The position numbers and the translations under genes are program-made. 64,000 nucleotides of DNA from positions 1 through 64,000 of the IMG/VR virus record IMGVR_UViG_3300020198_000006; one strand, 5' to 3'. The notes under the pieces were generated by a model, which saw only the letters and a list, made by a program, of their open reading frames with translations, made no database searches and was not told where the DNA came from. Shown here piece by piece: positions 58,850 through 64,000 of the stretch. This DNA is from a virus. The stretch's first letter is position 1. The number at the start of each line of letters is the position of its first letter.

Positions 58850-59510
58850 TCCTGTAAGTGTTGTTATATCAACCAGAGCCATAGATGAGGTTCACATGAA
58901 TAAGGTGAAAAAAAGTTTTTCTCACCCTAAAACAGAGATGTTAATTTATGTAAATAACGGGGATTACTCACTCCCTCAGTTATACAATAAAGGTTTGAGT
59001 GAATCAAAACATGACATTGTTGTTTTCATGCACGATGATGTTATTTTTGAAACCACCAACATAACGGGTAAACTAAACAAATTATTTAAAAATCATCCTG
59101 AACACGGAATTATTGGTTTAGCGGGTACCGATACGTTGGTGACAGGTAAATGGTGGGAAAGAACCGACAAAACATATGGTCAGGTTAAACACGAATACAA
59201 CGGTAGAGTACATAGGAACAATTTTTCAGGAACCTTTGGTGATAGTCTTAAAGACGTTGTCGCGGTTGATGGTTTATTCATTGCAGTTCACAAACAAAGA
59301 ATAAAAGAAAAATTTGATGAGGAGTTTCCCGGATTCCATTTTTACGATATACCATTCTGCGTTGCTAACTACACAAAAGGTGTTAAAGTCGGTGTAACAA
59401 CCAAGATTTTAGTTATCCATAAATCAGTAGGTATGTTGAATAAAAAATGGGAAAAGAACAAATTGTTCTTTGAAGCCAAATATGGTAATTTACTCCCACT
59501 AAAAACATAG
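58824..59510 (+). CDS. Glycosyltransferase-like protein (GT-A)
   Basis: SLPQLYNKGL, VVFMHDDV, GIIGLAG, VVAVDGLFIA, FDE...GFHFYD, H.S.G. Confidence 0.85.
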   Translation: MLHMSKIISPVSVVISTRAIDEVHMNKVKKSFSHPKTEMLIYVNNGDYSLPQLYNKGLSESKHDIVVFMHDDVIFETTNITGKLNKLFKNHPEHGIIGLAGTDTLVTGKWWERTDKTYGQVKHEYNGRVHRNNFSGTFGDSLKDVVAVDGLFIAVHKQRIKEKFDEEFPGFHFYDIPFCVANYTKGVKVGVTTKILVIHKSVGMLNKKWEKNKLFFEAKYGNLLPLKT

Positions 59511-59559
59511 TAGTTTTTTCAAATAATAGAAATATTTATTTATATAAAAACTATATTAT

Positions 59560-59754
59560 ATGGTAACAATTATTGTAGTATTACTAATTTCAGCTGGAGT
59601 AGTATACTTACTAGTTAAGAGTGGTAAACTTAAAGATGACAACGGCAATAACATACCTAATGTTGTTGAGAAACCAGTGGTTGATGTCGTTGAAAAAGTT
59701 AAAAAAACAGCAAAAAAAGTAACCGCTAAAAAATTAGAAAAAAAAACTAAATAA
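59560..59754 (+). CDS. Small membrane-anchored basic protein
   Basis: N-terminal TM, DDNGNNIP, Lys-rich tail; late promoter at 59533. Confidence 0.65.
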   Translation: MVTIIVVLLISAGVVYLLVKSGKLKDDNGNNIPNVVEKPVVDVVEKVKKTAKKVTAKKLEKKTK

Positions 59755-59836
59755 CTTTTTTATCAATCAATATATTGTGGGTTAAAATTTGTTTTTTAAC
59801 CCTTTTTTATCTATGTTTGTATTCTATTTATCATAT

Positions 59837-60231
59837 GGGGGTGACAGGCATTGATTGGCGTTGATATGGTAAATGGGCACGTAGTCGGATGTCATCTACG
59901 ACTTAAATCTATGGTGGTAGTTTTTAAACGGCAACGTTTATAACAACATGGAAGTAGCAGGTCTTCTTGCAACTTCTAAAGTAGCGGCCTAACCAAGTTA
60001 GGTTCTACAACGGGTCGACGGACATATAACCCAGGAACAGAAGTCCTTACGGTGTAACACCACCTCAGAGTGTTGGAGCAAACTTGACGGCTCTTGAAAA
60101 TCCGGTTATGAACAGGTTTGTTAATAGCTCTGAAAGAAATTAACTATTTGTTGGTTATGAATAATCAAATAAACGTGTAGTCCATTTATGATATTGCGAA
60201 CAAGACGCGGGTTCGAATCCCGCCATCTCCA
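59837..60231 (+). ncRNA. ssrA: tmRNA
   Basis: GGGGGTG/CATCTCC acceptor with G3:U pair, GCGGG-TTCGAAT-CCCGC T-arm, tag ORF 59930-59992 (A)GNVYNNMEVAGLLATSKVAA*. Confidence 0.93.
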
Positions 60232-60232
60232 C

Positions 60233-60268
60233 AAAAAGAAACCCACCTATTGGTGGGTTTTTTATTTT
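60233..60268. terminator. Bidirectional terminator after tmRNA
   Basis: AAAAAGAAACCCACC-TATT-GGTGGGTTTTTT. Confidence 0.8.
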
Positions 60269-60269
60269 A

Positions 60270-60390
60270 AACCTATGGTATCTTATAAACGAGCAAAGAG
60301 GTCAATTAAGACCCCTTTGCCTAGATGTTGGATACCCCCTTTCGTTTTTTAGTTTAGTTATCATCTATTGGCGACCAAACCAATAGAGTC
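60270..60390 (-). ncRNA. Candidate small RNA or 20-codon micropeptide transcript
   Basis: Late-promoter motif at 60396-60402; hairpins CTATTGG..CCAATAG and GCAAAGGGGTC..GACCTCTTTGC; possible ORF MITKLKNERGYPTSRQRGLN. Confidence 0.45.
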
Positions 60391-60417
60391 TACTAATAAA
60401 TATCAAGAAAGTATCGA

Positions 60418-61371
60418 TTAAGTATATAACCTGGCTAATAATTTTAGACCTGCTAATGTTAGTACTCCACCCACCAAACCACCCCCTCCATCCAAAAGTC
60501 CACCACCTTCCCTACCTTGAGGTTGTCCTTGGACTGGGACGGGATTCTGAGCAATGTATGAACTCATTTGTGGGTTATCAGCTACTTTTTCTTCTCTAAA
60601 CTTCTTATCATTTGTCATTTTATCTTCAAGAGCTGATAATGATGGTAACCCAAAAGTTGACAATAAGTTATTGGCCATGATAAATTTTCTAAATGAGTTT
60701 CTTCTATCTTGTCTTGACCAATACCGAAACCACCAATCTTTTACAAGCTCACCCGGATTGATACCCTTTCTAGCTGCGTATCTTGTCAATCTTTCACCCT
60801 GATAAAAACCTTTAAGTCCTGACCTAAATGATGTTGGTGAAGTAAATGCCGATTTTAATGCTCCTATAGGTTTTATTTTGGTTACCGAACTGGTAACAGA
60901 TTTTGACAATCCTGCGAGACCTTCTTTAAGTCCCGATGCCCATGAAGATTTTACACCACCTAATTTTTTTATTGTAGTTTGTACACCAGGATGATTCACA
61001 TATTTTAATGCTTTTTGTAATTCGGCGCCTAATTTTGGATTAGACGCAATCACTCTCGCTAAATCATCACCACTTCTATAAATACCTTTACCAAAGGCTT
61101 GTAAAGCTTTAATCAATGGTTTAACTGTAATATCCCCAATAACAGGTACAAGAGCAATTAACATAAGTGCAGCATATAATTTCTCACCTTTTATCAGATA
61201 ATAAATAATTAAGCCAATATCAGCAATTTCACCAATTACGGGAACAAAACCCGCCGCCATGAGAAGAGGCTCCACGTAGCGGGCGATGAACGCTAAAATA
61301 GCAGCTCCAACGACACCCTCATTGAGTTGTTCTTTTTTATATTCTAATATCTGTTTTTTTGTTAGTTCCAT
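60418..61371 (-). CDS. Probable virion-ejected protein with a pre-toxin-TG-like hydrophobic hairpin
   Basis: AGFVPVIGEIADIG...YAALMLIALVPVIGD; LNE site near N-terminus; hydrophobic C-terminus. Confidence 0.55.
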   Translation of the reverse strand: MELTKKQILEYKKEQLNEGVVGAAILAFIARYVEPLLMAAGFVPVIGEIADIGLIIYYLIKGEKLYAALMLIALVPVIGDITVKPLIKALQAFGKGIYRSGDDLARVIASNPKLGAELQKALKYVNHPGVQTTIKKLGGVKSSWASGLKEGLAGLSKSVTSSVTKIKPIGALKSAFTSPTSFRSGLKGFYQGERLTRYAARKGINPGELVKDWWFRYWSRQDRRNSFRKFIMANNLLSTFGLPSLSALEDKMTNDKKFREEKVADNPQMSSYIAQNPVPVQGQPQGREGGGLLDGGGGLVGGVLTLAGLKLLARLYT

Positions 61372-61958
61372 TAGTGTATGAATTTACAAACTTTGTCTGA
61401 TATGGTCTCACCAATATTAGAATCTTTTATTACTTCACCTAAAATGTTTCCTGCAACTGTTGACGTTATGGGTCTAAACCCAATACTATAATCATCTCTA
61501 TCAGAACCGATTTCACCCGCCGCAATATATCTTAACATAACAGTTAAAAGACCATCAATTAATCGCGGCATACCTTCTTTAGACATACATGTCTCCATAC
61601 TTTTAAATGGTTTTAATAAATGTAATGGATTGTAACTCGCAAAAAATTGTGCGGCGGTTGTTGAAAACCCGGCACCCGCCCCAAATACTTCTCTTAGAAT
61701 AAATCTGATTATATATTCTTTTGCGGAGTTAATTGCGGCGTCTCCCATTACCGATTTCCAATCCAATTTCTCCAATTGACCCCTTACATCAATTTCTTCA
61801 ATTGTGTAACCCTCTTCAATAAGTTTAGATGAAATAGAAAAGATTCGCTCAACTCTGAACGAATCGTCTCTAATATCTTCTACTTCAGAAAACGCCTCCT
61901 CGAGTTTTTTTTTACGTTCCTCAAGGAGTGTTTTTTTTATCTTGGTTTTTAATTCCAT
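61371..61958 (-). CDS. Hypothetical protein, probable head-internal
   Basis: 195 aa; KIKKTLLEE N-terminus; operon-coupled. Confidence 0.55.
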   Translation of the reverse strand: MELKTKIKKTLLEERKKKLEEAFSEVEDIRDDSFRVERIFSISSKLIEEGYTIEEIDVRGQLEKLDWKSVMGDAAINSAKEYIIRFILREVFGAGAGFSTTAAQFFASYNPLHLLKPFKSMETCMSKEGMPRLIDGLLTVMLRYIAAGEIGSDRDDYSIGFRPITSTVAGNILGEVIKDSNIGETISDKVCKFIH

Positions 61959-61960
61959 TT

Positions 61961-63844
61961 TTACTTAATTGGTTCTTGGGTAAGACCCGTAGGTTCATTT
62001 GTATCCTCTTCGTTATTTCTTTTAAACACTATCTTATCACCTTTTTTATAATCCTTAACTAATCTAGAAAGCCTATATCCCGTTTTTTTCATATGCTCTT
62101 CAAGTTTTGCTATTTCTTCTTTTGATAAGTCTGGTCCTTTATAAACAATTCGTCTACCTTTAAGTCTTCCAACCAACGTTTTATTTCTAACTAATCTAGT
62201 ATAAACATCTGAAGGTGATTCACCTGTCACTGTTGTGGTTGTACCTGTAGTAGTTGTACCTGTAGTAGTTGTACCTGTGGTTGGACCTGTTGTACCTGTG
62301 GTTGGACCTGTTGTACCCGTAATAGTTGTACCTGTGGTTGGACCTGTTGTACCTGTGGTTGGTGCGGGTTCACAATCCTTTATAATTAAGTTGTAGACAT
62401 CTTCAGATAATCCGGTGGTAAAAAGGTGAATCGACGTTTTATTTCTTCTTGACCACGCCTCTAAAGCCTCTCTAGTTCTATTACCAAGGTTACCTGTTTG
62501 GTATTTTTCTTCCATACCTAAACACTTCTGTACTTTCTTTATTTTTTCATTTTTACATCCAAAGAAAAATGGGAAAGAATCACACTCCTTATAGGTAATT
62601 GGTGGTTTTATGGGGTCAAGTGGTTTAGGTGGTACAACAGGCACTGGTTTCTTGTTATCCCAAGTAATAACAATATTTTGTTCTTTTAATAAACCTTCAG
62701 ATACTTGTTCTGCACCTGCAAGTCCACCACCTACAACGGCAGCAACACCGCCATCAGATGTACAAGCCCATGTACCTGACATCGCGTTGTCCATAGTCCA
62801 AACTCTTTGATTGGGATAGAATTTAAGACCTCCGTGACCTTTTGATTCCTCATCAAATTCATTTGTGGTATAAATCATCGGGTCGCCGTTACTTGTAACT
62901 CCCCATTCCATACCTTCTAAATTTACAACACAATCGGCCATTACCACTGGTTCTGGTTCACTATCACCAAATAAGCTTTTTAATATTTCATAAGTACCCC
63001 AACCAGCCAATCCATAAAGAATCATATTTTTCCAATTCAATTTTCCTCTTATATTCCTTAATTTGTCAAATGATTTGTACCTCTTTATTTTATTAGTGAT
63101 ATTACTAACGGCAGCTTTCAATTTAGCGGGCACTCCTTGAGCTGTTTTTAATTTATTTACTTGATTGGCGGCATCTGCAGCGGTTGCAGCATTTGTCTCA
63201 AGCCGCTTTACTTCTGGCGCAGCACCTCTTAAAGTTTTTGCTTTATTTAAAGTTTTTGCTTTATCTGCTGCAACTTGAACCGCTTTTTTAGTACCAACTG
63301 CACCACCCTGAGCAGCAGACTTTAACATATCATCAGCAGCTTTACCTTCGATACCCCATTGAGCCATTGTCTTTTTAGCCAATTCTAATTTTCTTGGGTC
63401 CGCAGGGTTCAACGTACCCTTAGGATATACTTGCTTTGCAATTTCAACGAATTTTGGTTCTGCTTGTAAGAAACCCTTTACCCTCTTTGTAAGTTCTGCA
63501 CTGTTTTTAATTACCATTTTAACTAAATTAGCAGATTCAACTGCAGTTAATTTATTTGTATTAATTGCTCTGATAAACTCCTCCGCGGTTTTATACTTGC
63601 CGCCGGTTATTTTGCTTAATTCTTGCCATAAAGCCTTTTCTTTTTTAGCTGCCATACCCAATGATAACGCAATATCCCTGCCCACTTGCGTTACTCGGGA
63701 TTCATTTACAGGTTGTTCTGTTTCATCGACAGGAATTTCGGGTTGTGATTTCTCATTTTCATTTAAAGAAATTTCATTCTTTGGTTTAAATGACTCAACC
63801 AAATTGATGTACTTTCTTATTAGTTTTGCGTCTTTGTTTTCCAT
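61961..63844 (-). CDS. Multi-domain protein with TM segment, peptidoglycan-binding-like motif and TGTT/TGPT repeat
   Basis: MILYGLAGWG TM-like segment; GCKNEKIKKVQKCLG....TGNLGNRTREAL (PG_binding_1-like); Thr/Gly repeat. Confidence 0.6.
   Translation of the reverse strand: MENKDAKLIRKYINLVESFKPKNEISLNENEKSQPEIPVDETEQPVNESRVTQVGRDIALSLGMAAKKEKALWQELSKITGGKYKTAEEFIRAINTNKLTAVESANLVKMVIKNSAELTKRVKGFLQAEPKFVEIAKQVYPKGTLNPADPRKLELAKKTMAQWGIEGKAADDMLKSAAQGGAVGTKKAVQVAADKAKTLNKAKTLRGAAPEVKRLETNAATAADAANQVNKLKTAQGVPAKLKAAVSNITNKIKRYKSFDKLRNIRGKLNWKNMILYGLAGWGTYEILKSLFGDSEPEPVVMADCVVNLEGMEWGVTSNGDPMIYTTNEFDEESKGHGGLKFYPNQRVWTMDNAMSGTWACTSDGGVAAVVGGGLAGAEQVSEGLLKEQNIVITWDNKKPVPVVPPKPLDPIKPPITYKECDSFPFFFGCKNEKIKKVQKCLGMEEKYQTGNLGNRTREALEAWSRRNKTSIHLFTTGLSEDVYNLIIKDCEPAPTTGTTGPTTGTTITGTTGPTTGTTGPTTGTTTTGTTTTGTTTTVTGESPSDVYTRLVRNKTLVGRLKGRRIVYKGPDLSKEEIAKLEEHMKKTGYRLSRLVKDYKKGDKIVFKRNNEEDTNEPTGLTQEPIK
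62221..62365 (-). repeat. TTG(T/P) peptide repeat
   Basis: TTGTTGPTTGTTITGTTGPTTGTTGPTTGTTTTGTTTTGTTTTVTG; repeated GTTGTACCTGT at DNA level. Confidence 0.85.
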
Positions 63845-63879
63845 TTTTTTTATTTTTATTTATTGTTATAGGTTTATAA

Positions 63880-64000
63880 TTAGTTGTTCGGTAAGCCCCT
63901 TGTAATTCTAAAAGTTGTCATAGTATTATCTAATGCACTGAATTGTGATTGTAAAGCATCCATTTCTGTTGATACCGCTCCTTTTACCATATCGTCGTTT
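63880..64000 (-). CDS. C-terminal end of a CDS entering from beyond the window
   Basis: ...NDDMVKGAVSTEMDALQSQFSALDNTMTTFRITRGLPNN*. Confidence 0.55.
   Translation of the reverse strand, partial: NDDMVKGAVSTEMDALQSQFSALDNTMTTFRITRGLPNN

Noticed and set aside
1-64000. Alternative genetic code (TAG or TGA reassignment)
   Set aside because: Core genes are full length in code 11, TAG and TGA end genes at sensible boundaries, and no suppressor tRNA is seen

Overview
A 64-kb segment of a large, AT-rich, T4-like (contractile-tailed) jumbo bacteriophage genome, standard genetic code. It carries tail morphogenesis genes (partial tape measure, tail chaperone/gp26-like, tube, sheath, gp13/14/15-like neck), a SNF2 helicase, family-B DNA polymerase, nucleotide metabolism genes (dUTPase, dCMP deaminase, PhoH), four glycosyltransferase-like genes, a gp55-like late sigma factor, the head module (MCP, scaffold, prohead protease, portal, terminase), ribosomal protein bS21, Hsp20 and ClpC, a mostly decayed tRNA array, an ~800-nt structured ncRNA (GOLLD-like) and a tmRNA. 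A Bacteroidota host is inferred from TTTG-N19/20-TAnnTTTG promoters, bS21 with Tyr54, a Gly-initiated tmRNA tag, a T9SS sorting-domain remnant and A-rich leaders without obvious Shine-Dalgarno sites. The most interesting unexplained signals are: (1) an [S/T]-G-x-T motif strongly enriched in virion proteins together with phage glycosyltransferases, a candidate virion glycosylation system; (2) a +1 frameshift at UUU-UUU-CGC extending the tail chaperone; (3) a TATTTAT(A) late promoter, often 3-5 nt from the ATG; (4) two late-promoter small RNAs 8 kb apart that are complementary; (5) the giant ncRNA. All calls come from reading motifs by eye; no database searches were run.
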